A stretch of 54,670 bases of DNA, filler included, from Jimgerdemannia flammicorona (lineage: Eukaryota), in assembly GCA_003990765.1 (NCBI GenBank). It is 3 parts of 3 records of this genome, joined end to end, with 100 filler letters (N's around TTAATTAATTAA, not from the genome) between each part and the next. Parts side by side here need not be neighbours in the genome. Positions count along the whole stretch, not along the records: positions 18,260 to 36,415 come from RBNJ01002282.1; positions 36,516 to 54,670 come from RBNJ01002283.1; 1 more part is not named here. One strand, given 5' to 3'. Under the pieces are notes generated by a model. The model was not told the origin of the DNA and did not search any database. It saw nothing but the letters and a program-made list of their open reading frames with translations. How positions within the stretch are numbered: the stretch's first letter is position 1; the number at the start of each line of letters is the position of its first letter. Shown piece by piece: positions 32,804-44,579 of the stretch. Position numbers and translations under genes: made by a program.

Positions 32804-35800
32804 ATGAATAGTACAACTAATATTTTCTCTCTCAATGTGAATGGTCTTCGAGGATCTGGGTGGCGTAAGAACATTTTTACTTGGCTAAAGGGATTGGAGG
32901 CTGATCTCTTTTTACTGCAGGATGTACGGTGTGAGGATGAGGATGATCAGGTGGAATGGACTAAGGAATGGGGTGGGGCTACTGCTTGGTTTGGAAAGGT
33001 GGCGATTCTGTTGAAGAAGGGTAGAGGAGATTTGGAGGGGATCAAGAACTGGGGAGATTGACTGGTCTGGGGTGAATGGCACTGGCCAGGGTGGGAATCA
33101 GTGAGGGTGGGCTCATGCTACTGCCTGGCAGCTAGGGGAGAGTAGATTGCATGGATCAAGGAACTACTGGAGGAGGGTGTTCTCTTGGAGGATGGGGTCG
33201 ATGTTCTTGGTGGTGATTTTAACATGGTTCGAGATTTGCAGTTGGATAGGACTGATGGAGGAAGAAATGCTGGTGGGAGGAGTGGCGGTCTGGATGCATG
33301 GGAGGAGGTAGAAAACCTTAGCTCCTTAGGGGATATGGGCCGAACATGGTGGGGCGACACCAGGGTCTACACACACTGGGTGAATGGCTTAGGGACAAGG
33401 ATTGACTGGATTCTGACAGCTGAATGTTGGGGTGCTGATGTCTGGAAGACTTTGGAGGTGGTGTGGTGCCCGTGGTCTGATCACTGGGGACTGATTGGCC
33501 AGGGGCGGTTTGGGGAGAGTAGAGATGGACCCAGACATTGGCATCTTAACTCCTCCCTGCTGGCTGAGAAGGGGTTGTGGGACTCATGGGTAGAGGACAT
33601 ACAGGCAAAGATTCTGTTTTAGAGGCAGGAGGGTTTATCTGTGGGTGTCCGTTGGATGAGATTGAAGGAGGCTGCGAGGGTTTATTGGGGAGGAGCTGGT
33701 AGGGAGGCAGGAAGAAGGAGGAGGAGGCAAATACAGTCTGCCTCCAATAGGCTGGGGAGATTGCAGTTGGAGTGGGCAGATTTGCTTGCATCTATGAGGT
33801 GGAGGATTGGAGGTTAGTGAGGGCGAAATTGGAGGTTGTAGAATTGCAACAGGTGTTGCGAGAGGAGGAGGAGATTCATATGCGAGGTATGGCAGCCAGG
33901 CTTAGATGGCAGGGGCTTGAGGAGGGGGAGTGGCCTACTAGGTACTTATCTAGGCTCCTCAAAGCCAAGCGGGTGAGGCATAGGTGGGATGGGATCTTGG
34001 ATGCTGAGGGAGAGTTGGTGCATGGCACACAGCAGATCCTGGGAGTGTTGAAGGAGAATTGGTGGGGTCTGTGGAGTGAGGAAGAAGGGGGTGCTGATGC
34101 AGAGGCGATTGGTGACACACTGGAAGAGTGGGAGCCACCACAGATAGAGGGGCTGAGTGACTTGACCTTACCTGTCCAGGAGGAGGAGATACAAGGTGTC
34201 CTGGCAGCGACTAAGCTTGGGACGGTGCCAGGGGAGGATGGGTTACCATGGGACTTCTGGAAGAAGATGGTGGAAGTCCCAGGGATGCTGGGTGAGATGG
34301 CGGCCCTCTGTGACCATGTTCTTCTGAATGGCATGTGGGTTGGTGAGCAGGACTTAGGGCTGGTTGCCCTATTGTACAAAGATAAGGGCCGGTATAAGGA
34401 TTGGAAGAACTGGAGGCCAATCATGCTGCTGGATATGGATTGGAAGTTGGTGACTAAGGTGATTGTTGCAAGGCTACAGAAGGTTGCTCAACAAGTGCTG
34501 GGGGAGGAGCAGCAGGGCTTTGTAGGTGGTAGACTTATAAGAGATGGAACTGCCTGGGTACATGGCATTATTGAAGGAGCCCAGGCCTGTGGACTGGATG
34601 GGAGACTGGTCTTTTTGGATCAAGAGAAGGCCTACGACCATGTTCGGTGGGTTTGGTTGGGCAAGGTACTGGACAGGATTGGTGTTCCGCCACAGTTTCG
34701 AGCCTCTATGTTGAGTTTGTTGGAAGGGAGTCGAGCAGTGCTGATGTGTAATGGTCATAGGGGTTTGGCATTCCCCTTGGGGAGAGGAGTCCCTCAGGGG
34801 GACCCACTGTCCCCTATCCTTTATACACTCTCCTTGGAACCTTTGATGGACAGGATCTGTAAGACTCTGTATATGATGTGGAATGGAAGGTGGGGGCCTT
34901 TGCAGATGACATAGTAGTTGGACTTGGATCAGTAGTGGATGTAGAGGCTCTTCGGGAAACAGTGGAGTGATATGAGGCACACTCTGGAGCAAAGCTCAAC
35001 TGGCATAAGTGTGAGACAATGGTGCTGGGGAATGGGCTAGTGGGAGGGGATGTCATTGGAACAATTGTCCCCACAGGAGAGGTGGTGCGGTACCTAGGTA
35101 TCTTCCTCTCTGTATATGGATCAGTCCTACCATGGATATGGTGGGAGAGGAGGGTGGCCATTTGGAGAGAGGCTCTAAAAGGCTGGGGGGGTCGTCACAT
35201 CTCCCTGGCAGGGAGGGTGGCAATTCTGAATATATACTGGTTCCCCAAGCTGTGGTATGTGGCATATCACTTAGACTTTCCTGCTTGGGTGGTAAAGAGG
35301 CTGATGAAACTAGCTAGGGATTGGATTTGGGCTGGTAGAAGGGCCCAGATCAGTTGGGATACCCTTGTTGAGCCAGTGCTTAGGGGAGGCCTGGGCCTTG
35401 TGGATTTCCCTAAGTATCTACACTGCCTGCAAGCTTGGTGGTTGAGAAGGGCTGTTGATCTACAGGGTGGAGGTTGGGTGCCATTGATGAAGAAGGTGTG
35501 GGAGATGAGAGTCTCCCCCCGGGGGTCCACAGGGGATCTACTCTCTTTGGTGGGTCTGACGGTTATGGTATAAGGGCTTCTGGTGGGGAGTGGTTGATGG
35601 GGTGCACTGGATAGGCCTATGCTGGCATGGAAATGAGGGGGAGGAGGTATGGGGTCCAGCTATGTGGTGATGGGACTGTCTGCTTCTAGGGGGAGTTCCA
35701 CTAGCTGAGTTTGACATTGGCAATGGAGTAGAGTGTCAGTGGCAAATTGGCCAGGATCTTTGGCCAAGTAGCTGGCAGGCAGTGAGGATTGGTGAGGAGT

Positions 35801-36415
35801 GGGATTGGGCAAGGATCTGGTCTTGGAGTATGGAGGTCCGGCGGTGGCTCCCTCCCAAGTTCTGGGTAGTGTAGTGGCATATATTGCAGAGGAATGTTAT
35901 GTTGAACTTCCGTGCTGGACATCTAGTGGATGGGGGTCAGCTGGATTGTGAGGAGTGTTTTAATGTTGGGCAAGTTGGGGATTTTGTGCAAATACCAGAA
36001 CATTGGCTGGGGGAGTGTGAGGTTCTGGGTGACTTTTGGATAGCTGTAGGGGACTGCCTTGGGGTTGAAAGGAGACCAGATGGGGAGAGAGGTCGCTGGA
36101 AAGATCTGGAATCTAGACTTGTGGGAGGTGTTGGTAATGGGTGGCTTACTGTAGGATGGGTTGTGGCAGTGTGGGTGGGGTTGGCTGGACATTGGCTCTT
36201 TGTTTTTGAGGAGGGGCGACAGATAGGGATACAGGAGAAGTTATTGAGATGGGAGGAGTTGGTGGCAGATTTGTTGACAGGGTGGTGGGTTGGGTGGGGA
36301 CTGCAAGGTGGGCGACATCGCTGTCTGGTGGAAGGGATCTGTGAGCAGAGTGGTGGGCGGGTGGCGATGGTGTTTGATAAAGTGGTTTTTCGTCAAGAAG
36401 GGGTAGAGGGGGGGG
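32804..36415 (+). pseudogene. LINE ORF2: APE endonuclease + RT + C-terminal CxxC..H..C
   Basis: MNSTTNIFSLNVNGLRG, LLQD, GGDFN, RIDWI, SDH. PGEDG, NWRPI, LDQEKAYDHV, QGDPLSP, FADD. CEEC...EHWLGEC. Confidence 0.95.
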
Positions 36416-36515
36416 NNNNNNNNNNNNNNNNNNNNNNNNNNNNNNNNNNNNNNNNNNNNTTAATTAATTAANNNNNNNNNNNNNNNNNNNNNNNNNNNNN
36501 NNNNNNNNNNNNNNN
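36416..36515. other. Artificial contig spacer
   Basis: 44 N + TTAATTAATTAA + 44 N. Confidence 0.97.
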
Positions 36516-36766
36516 ACAGGTTGGTGGGTGGGTTGGGGACCTCAGGGGGGACGACATCGAAGTTTGGTGATGAAGATCTGTAAGCAGAGTGGTGGGAGGG
36601 TGGGGATAGTGTTTGTCAAAGTGGTCTTTCACAGAGAAGGGGTAGGGGGGGGGAGGGCCCCCTAGGGGGATTGGATAGGGGTGGTTTCATTGTAATTATA
36701 TAAGATAGATGAGTATTAATAAAGGAAGGGAGTCCAAGTGACTATAAAAAAAAAAAAAAAAAAAAA
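36516..36766 (+). mobile_element. 3' end of another LINE copy with AATAAA and poly(A) 36746-36766
   Basis: Homologous to 4385-4638. Overlaps but differs from 36277-36415, so it is a separate copy. Confidence 0.9.
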
Positions 36767-37730
36767 TCAAGTGAATTCAGGTCTATCTGTCCACAAGATA
36801 GCTGCAAACATAGGTGTTAGTCTCATGACAGTCAGTCAACTTAGAAAAGAACATTGTACAGATGTCAGTTTATCCAAAGGAGGTCATCTGAGCCTATTAA
36901 CAACTTATGATAAATTATGGATTATATGTCAAGCAATATCTACCAAGTCAGATACTGCCTTTATAATCGCCAAAGACCTTAGAAATGATGGCCAAGTATC
37001 TGTTAGTGGTCAGACTGTCTGCTGAGTTCTGAAAAATACTGGGTTGAAGACTGTAATTAAGCAGAAAAGATTAAGATTATTATGATATCATATCAAAGCT
37101 TAGTTTGTCTTTGCCCAGAAGTACAAAGACTGGACTGACAATAACTGGAAACATATCATATTCTCCAATGAGACTAAGATTAACTACCTAGGATCAGATA
37201 AATAGATATGGATATGGAAGAAGCCTGGTGAGGGACTTACTGATTATTTAGTAGATAGAACAGTAAAATTTGGTGGTAGATTGCTTATACTTTGGAGCTA
37301 TATGATATATGATGGACCCATATTTGTATGTCAGATTGATGGCAAGATGAATGTGGATCTATATACTAGTATCCTAGATGATAAATTATAGCAAATGTTT
37401 AAATATTATGATATTGACCCCAAAATGACAATATTTCAATAAGATAATAATTCCAAGCATACATACAAATGGTTCAATAACTATTTGATTGAACTACTTG
37501 ACTGGCCCATGCAATCCCCAGACCTTAATCCAATCAAATATCTCTAGCATCATCTCAAACAAATGCTAAATAGGTATGAAGAGGTACTGAAGGGGATAAT
37601 AGAACTTTAGGAGCATATCGAAAAGAAGTAGAATACTATTCCTATAAGCATATGTGTAGATTTAATAGAGAGTATGCCTAGGTGTATAAATGTAGTATTT
37701 AAAGCCAAGGGGATATATACAAAGTACTAA
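36767..37730 (+). pseudogene. Tc1/mariner-family transposase (DDE, degenerate, N-terminus missing), directly followed by poly(A) 37729-37796
   Basis: HTH-like VSGQTV..LK, WKHIIFS(N/D)ETKIN, TVKFGG, IFQQDN.SKH, LDWPMQSPDLNPI, ESMPRC..V.KAKG.YTKY*. Confidence 0.93.
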
Positions 37731-37796
37731 AAAAAAAAAAAAAAGAAAAAAAAAGAAAAAATAAAAAAAAAAAAAAAAAAAAAAAAAAAAGAAAAA

Positions 37797-38468
37797 GAGT
37801 AGATGTATGAAGGAATATTGTGGGGAAGTGCTCAGAAGTTGTGTTTGGATTGTTCAAGTATTCAAGTCTGAGATTCTGAGGTCTGGGAGAGGGAGTATAT
37901 ATACTAGTGAGGGGTTATCTAAGCTATACTAGATATGGATGTAATACTTAGTGCCTTGCTGAGTTAGAATACAGTCACATAGTATAAGTGTAATCTGATA
38001 TAACAAAAGATCATCTGACTGCTGAGTTAGTTCACAGTTATATCATATAAGGCTAATCTAACTATACTATGACTGCTAAGCTATTTATAGATTTAGAGGC
38101 TGTCTGGTTAGTCTTTAATGACATCACTATTGATGATATCATTCCTGGCAAAGTCGGAGTAGTTATCTAACTTTTGACATTATGAGTTTCTAGGTATCAT
38201 CACTTCTATCTCTTGTAAGATTAAGGTTGTCCTTAGTTGCAGTGGTTGTACAAGGATAACAGGTCTTGGTTCTCTTTTTTTTTTAGTCTGCTGGTACATT
38301 TGTGAGGACTAGTCATCCTTGTCTAGGGCAAGAGCTCCTAATGTCATGGCTGGGGGTTTGAACCTCTCAGAAATAATATATATTTTCTATAATCTGAGGC
38401 AATTTCTAGTAATAATATCTATCATGTAGATGGCTTGTGATTGGTTTCAATGATATTGGCTTTCTTTA
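37797..38468 (-). repeat. Variant 3' LTR of chromovirus copy C, part 1 (R/TATA region and U3, left of LINE copy 3)
   Basis: 37797-38135 aligns with 17010-17360 and 52895-53240. From 38140 onward the sequence diverges from the other LTRs. Confidence 0.8.
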
Positions 38469-41400
38469 CTGACCACCTTTCACCAGTAACATTCAAGTGA
38501 TACAAGACTCAAGCAACACTTTTGACAATATTTTTGGTGAAAGGTGACTAGCAACATGGAAAGCAATGAACATACAGGTGTATGTACTAACCTAGGGCCT
38601 TTGACTGGCAGCAGGTGGGGAGGGGTTATGGCCTGGAGATGGGGGCCTTTAGTGGGCCAAAGAGTGGAGAAGGCTCTAGAGGGGGACTGGTGTCCAGTGG
38701 CGATGGGGGAAGATCTCATCTCCCGAGCTTTGCAGACTAGGTTAAGGGGAGTGGGTGGCCAGCTGGTACTGAGGCTGGTGCTGCTGAGGGGAAGGGCAAG
38801 GTGAGCCTTGGGAGGAGGGGTGGTGCTCTGGCTGGGAGTGCAGGCATAGGGGCTAGAGGTGCTGTGGCTGGGGGTATGATTGTTGATAGGAGTGTGATGG
38901 GGAATCAGGAAAAAAATGAGATGTGATGGCTGATGGCCAGGTGGGGCAGGGGTTCCCAATGTGGAAGGGGGACCTGGCAGATGGTATAATGGGGCTGGCA
39001 GTGACCCCATTGCTCAAGAAGTTGATCTCAAAGTTCATGGTGACCTTGTGCTTCTGGGGCTTAGCAGTGATGGTGAGGATGGTTCTGGGGCTTGTTTCGA
39101 AGCAGGTGGCTGGGGCAGCCTCGGTGAAGTTCTTGAAGGGTCTGGAGGGGGTCAAGGTGGGCTTTGAGGAGGCAGGCCCACTGGATGAGGCACTGAAGAC
39201 TGGAGTCATGGTTGGAGAGGTGGTGATCCCTATGGTGCAGTGCTTGTGATGGGACCCCAGAGTGGTGCAGCTTCTGGTGAAGGGGGTGCCTACAGTGACT
39301 AAGGAGGACACTAGGAAGAGGGTGGAGGAGGTGATGATTGAGTATGGTGATATGGTGGACATCAGCTTTCAGGTGTAGGAGGGGACAATGATCAGGACAG
39401 GTGATGTTGATGTCAGGATTTGGCTGGTGGGCAAGGAGGCCATGGAGAAGGCAAGTGACTGACCTTCTGTACTGATGTGGAGAGTGTTCATCTGTAAGGT
39501 GTCAAGGGTGAAGGGGAGTGAGGAGGAGGAGGAGGACTTGTTGGAGGTGCTGGAGGAGATGAGTGGAGCTGTGGAGTTGAGGGTAACGGCCTAGAAGATA
39601 TATGAGAAGTTGATGCATCTGGAGGTTGTGGATGGGAAACACATCTGTACTGACAGGAAGTAGTGGGAGCAGGCACTGGGGCGCAGAAGGCAGAGAGAGC
39701 TACTTGCGAGTATGAAAGTAGAGGCAAAGCAGAAGGCAGTGGGAGCTGAAGGGTCTGGGGGTGTCGAAGCCAGTGTTTGAGTGAGTAAAGGAGTTGGGTA
39801 GGTGGAGGCGGGAAAGGAAGGGGCTGAAAAGATGCTGAGCAAAGACTCCTACACTGATGGCACTTTTGGAGTCTAGGAGCAGGAGCTGGATGCAACCCCC
39901 CCCCCTCTTATCAGAATCCCTGATGTGGAAAAAGGGGGTCAGGTGATGGCAGTTGGTGAGGATCAGCTGGTGGATTTCCCTGAGGAGGAGTGGGATGAGG
40001 CTGCCAGTGTTGGGGCTGATACCATGATATTGGACATAGGATGGCTGGGGACTCCAGGAGGGAAGGAGGTGGCGAACTTGCTGTAGATGAGCAAGGTGAT
40101 GGATAACCTCACAGCTGAGACTTTGGGGGAAGTAGACCTGCAGGTAATGCCTGAGAAGCATTGGGCACAGATTTTGCACAGCAAGGGAGTGGTGGAGGCA
40201 CTGAAGGGGGAGATTCTTTCAATTTTCCTAGAGGAGGAGGGATATGAGGTTGATGAGGTAAGGAGGGCTGAGCTGGCGGTGGTTGCTGGTGAGCAGGCAG
40301 CATACTGTTGGGCAGAGAGGCATGGTTTGTAGTTCTGGCAGGAGGCCTGTTGGGATTATTGTGAGGACTTTGAGGAGCGAGAAGATGGGGCTATGTTAGA
40401 ACTTCTGGGAGGGTTAGAGGCACAGGAAGCTGGTGAAAGGGATCTAGCTGCTGATCATGACTTGGATTTGTTACAGGAGGAGCAGGATGCAGAATTGTAG
40501 AGAGTGGGTTCATGATACAACTTTTTTCTCTTATGAACAGTACAACCAACATTTTCTCTTTGAATGTGAATGGGCTTAGGGGATCTGGGCGGCATAAGAA
40601 CATTTTTAATTGGCTCAAGAGATTGGAGGCCAATCTCTTTTTACTGCAGGATGTTCGGTGTGAGGATGAGGATGATTGGGTTGAGTGGACTAGGGAATGG
40701 GGTGGGGTTACTACTTGGTTTGGAAAAGTGGCAATTCTGGTGAGAAAGGGTAGAGGAAACTTGGGGGGTATTGGGAGCTGGAGTGATCACTTGGTCTGGA
40801 GAGATTGGTATTCGCTGGAGTGGTAGTCAGTGAGGTAGTCAGTGAGGGTTGACTCTTGCTACTACCCTGCAGTTAGGGGTGAGAGGATTGCATGATTTAA
40901 GGAGCTGCTGGAGGAGGGTATTCTCTTGAAGGAAGGGGTCGATGTGCTTGGGGGGGACTTTAATATGGTTTGGGATCAGCATCTGGACCGAACTGATGGT
41001 GAGAGAAGTACAGGAGGGAGAAGTGGAGGCCTGGATGTATGGGGGAGTTGGAGTGGCTGAGCTCCTTAGGGGATATGGGCAGAACATGATAGGGCAACTC
41101 CAGGGTCTACACACATTGGGTGAATGGCTTAGGTACATGGATTGACTGGATTCTGATAGCAGAATGCTCGGGGTCTGATTTCTGGAAGGTTTTGGAGGTG
41201 GAATGGTGCCCATGGACCAATCACTGGTGTCTGTTGGATGAGATTGAAAGAGGCTGTGAGGGTCTATTGGGGAGGGGCTGGGAGTGAAGCTGGGAGACAG
41301 AGGAGGAAGCACACAAGGTGTGCTTCCAACAGGCTGAGGAGATTGCAAATGGATTTGGTAGGTTTGCTTACTTCTGATGGAGTGGAGGATTGGAGGTTAG

Positions 41401-44118
41401 CATGGATTAAATTGGAGATAATGGAACTGCAACAGGTATTGAGAGAAGAGGAGGAGGTGGATATGTGAGATATGGCTGCTAGGCTAAGGTGGTAGGGGCC
41501 TGAGGAGGGTGAGTGGCCTACTAGATATTTATCCTGTCTGCTCAAAGCTAGGAGAGTGAGACATCAGTGGGATGGAGTCCTGGATACCAATAGGGACATG
41601 GTACATGGCATGCAACAAATCTTAGGAGTTTTGAAAGAGAGATGGCCGGGTTTGTGGAGTGAGGAAGAAGGGGGTGCTGATGAGATGGCTATCGAAGATA
41701 CATTAGAGGAATGGAGGCTGCTGCAAGTGGCTGGACTGGATGGCTTGGCCTTGCCGGTACAAGGTGAGGATGTCCAGATTGTCCTTGTGGTAACTAAAAC
41801 TAGAACTGCACTAGGGGAGGATGGACTACCATGGGACTTCTGGAAGAAGAAAGTCAAGGTCCCTGGCATTTTAGGTGAGATGACTGCTCTCTGTGATCAT
41901 GTTCTTCAGAGTGGTGAGTGGGTTGGAGAGCAGGATCTCGGGCTGGTGGCTTTACTGTACAAAGACAAGGAGAGGAGAGAAGACTGGAAGAACTGGCAAC
42001 TGATCATACTTTTGGACATGGACAGGAAGATGGTGACTAAGGTGGTTGTTGCAAGGCTGCAGAAGGTTGCCCAACAGGTACTAGGGGAGGAGCAGCAGGG
42101 CTTTATTGGAGGCAGACATATAAGAGATGAGATTGCATGGGTATATGGTGTCATTGAAGGGGCCTGGGCTTGTGGCCTAGATGGTAGGTTGGTCTTCTTG
42201 GACCAGGTGAAGGCCTATGACTGGGTCCAGCAGGTTTGGCTGGGCAAGGTGTTGGATCATATTGTTGTTCCTTCAGGATTTTGAACTTCTATGTTGAACC
42301 TGCTAGAGAGCAGTTGGGTGGTGCTGATGTGTAATGGTTACTGTGGTCTGGCATTTATCTTAAGAAGAGAGGTTTCTCAGGGAGACCCCCTGTCCCCTAT
42401 TCTTTATGCTCTCTCATTGGAACCATTAATGGATAGGATTTGCCAGAAGGTGGTAGTGCTCTCTATCTATGGTATAGTGTGGAAGATGGGAGCTGTTGCA
42501 GATGATATAGTGGTTGGCCTTGGGTCTGTGGCGGATATTGAGGTACTTAAGGAGATGGTGGAATGGTATGAGGATCACTCTGGGGCAAAGCTCAACTGGC
42601 ATAAGTGTGAGACTATTGTGCTTGGGAATGGGCTGATGGGTGGGGATGTCATTTGAACAATTGTCTCTACTGGTGAGGTGGTACAGTATCTGGGTATATT
42701 CCTCTCTGTATATGGCTCTGTCTTGCTACGAGTGTGGTGAGAGAGCAGGGTGGCTGTTTGTGGGGAGGCCCTTTGAGGTTGGGGAGGCTGCCATATCTCT
42801 CTAGCAGGGCAGGTATCAATTCTGAATACATACTGGTTCCCCAAGCTATGGTATGTGGTCTACCACCTAGACTTCCCAGCTTGGGTGATGAAGAGACTGA
42901 CAAAGGTGGCTAGGGATTGTATTTGGGCAGAGAGGAGGTCCCAGATCAGTTGGGATACTCTTGCAACACTGGTGGTCAGAGGAGGTCTTGGCCTTGTAGA
43001 TTTCCCTAAGAGGTTGCACTGCTTGCGAGTCTGGTGGTTGAAGAGAGTGGCTGAACTGCAAGGAGGGGGTTGGGTGCCTCTGCTGCAGAAGGTGTGAGAG
43101 ATGAGAACCTCCCCCCGAGGGTCCTCAGGAGATCTACTCTCTTTGGTAGAGCTCAATGGCATTCAGAGGCTGCAGTTTAAGGGCTTTTGGTGGGGAGTGA
43201 TCAATAGAGTGCACAGAATTGGTCTGTGCTGGTAAGGCAATGAGGAGGAGGTGTTGTTGGGACCTAGTATGTGGCAATGAGATAGACTACTACTGGGGGG
43301 TACTCCACTTGCTTCCTTTAATATTGGGGACAGAGTGGAGTATCAGCAGGGTCTTGGCCAGGATCTTTGGCCAAGCAGTTGGCAGACAGTCGGGATTAGC
43401 AAGGAGTGGGACTGGGCAGGTATCTGGTCTTGGAGTGCTGAGGTATGGTGGTGGCTTCCCCCCAAGTTCTGGGTGGTGTGGTGGTGAATGTTGAGGAGTA
43501 ATATCATGCTGAATTTCTATACTGGGCATCTGGTGGATGGTGGCTGTTTCAATTGTGAGGAGTGTTATAATGTAGGGTAAGCTGGGGGTTTGGTGCAGAT
43601 GCCAGAACATTGGCTGGGAGAGTGTGAGGTTTTGGGGGACTTTTGGGTTGAAATAGGGAATAGACTGGGTGTAGAGTGCAGGCTGGCAGGTGAGGGGGAT
43701 CGCTGGGAGGACTTGAGATCTTGGCTAGTGGGGAGGGTGGGTGATAGTTGGCTCACTGTCAGGTGGGTGTTAGAAGTTTGGGTGGGATTAGCAGGACATT
43801 GGCTATTTGTGTTTGAGGAGGGGCAGTAGATGAGACTGCAGGAGAAGATTTTAAGATAGGAGGAGCTATTGGGGGATCTGATGACTGGATGGTGGATAGG
43901 TTGGGGTTCTTCAGGTGGGCAATGGTGAGGTTTGGTGGCAAGGATATGTGAACAGAGTGGTGGGAGAGTGGGGATTGTATTTGATAGAGTGGTATTTCGT
44001 CAAGAAGGAGTAGGAGGGAGGGGCCCTCCTTGGGGTATTAGATAGGTGGTGGGTTCACTGTACTTATATGAGATAGATGGGTGTAATAAAGAAAGAGTCC
44101 AAGTGACTTAAAAAAAAA
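38469..44118 (+). mobile_element. L1/Tx1-like LINE, copy 3 (full-length span, degenerate) with ~17-bp TSD
   Basis: 5' UTR, ORF1, ORF2, AATAAA and poly(A) 44110-44118. Flanks are GATATTGGCTTTCTTTA (38452-38468) and GCTATTGGTTTTCTTAA (44119-44135). Confidence 0.93.
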
Positions 44119-44579
44119 GCTATTGGTTTTCTTAAGTTCAGATGAAGTATTCATCATTCTCCAATGGAGGTGACACAGATAGAGCAAATGGAGTTGTTCA
44201 AATGTGTTTTGCTTCAGCTAAGTAATGAGGTCTTGTATAGTTGTGGAGTATCTTGATCTTGAGTTTGATAGGTGCAGTTCATCAACCCTTGATGGATGAG
44301 ATAGGGTCCTTCTTGTCTCAGTTTGAGTTTGGTACTTTCGGTTTCCTTTTGTAATAATACTATATATCAAACTAGTTATAGAGGTTCACAGTCAGTCTTA
44401 TGATTGTAGTACTTCTTCTGGTATTCTTGTATCTTGGCAGTAGGTTCTCATGTTTGCTGGTGTATTTTGTGTAACTAAATGATCTCTTCAATAACTTGTT
44501 TTATAGTCTCAAATGTGGTTTCCAAATTAGTTCTGAGGATGACATGTGATTTTGGTGGCTTAGAGGTTGTGTACTTACA
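44119..44579 (-). repeat. Variant 3' LTR of chromovirus copy C, part 2
   Basis: The last ~65 bp (…GGTGGCTTAGAGGTTGTGTACTTACA) match the LTR ends at 10312 and 54563 and abut the PPT ACTCTCCCC at 44580. Confidence 0.8.

Larger units (their letters stand above)
30670..36415 (+). mobile_element. L1/Tx1-like LINE, copy 2 (near full length, least degraded; 3' end lost at contig end)
   Basis: 5' UTR, ORF1 and ORF2 (APE-RT-Cys/His) in canonical order. Confidence 0.95.

Noticed and set aside
31104..35530. Long antisense ORFs over the LINEs (e.g. 31104..31691, 32086..32730, 33876..34424)
   Set aside because: These are Pro/Ser/Leu-rich shadows of a G-rich sense strand with few stop complements, and they carry no motifs.
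36277..36766. LINE copy 2 continuing across the gap into 36516-36766
   Set aside because: The two sides overlap by ~140 bp of homologous but clearly different sequence, so they are different copies.
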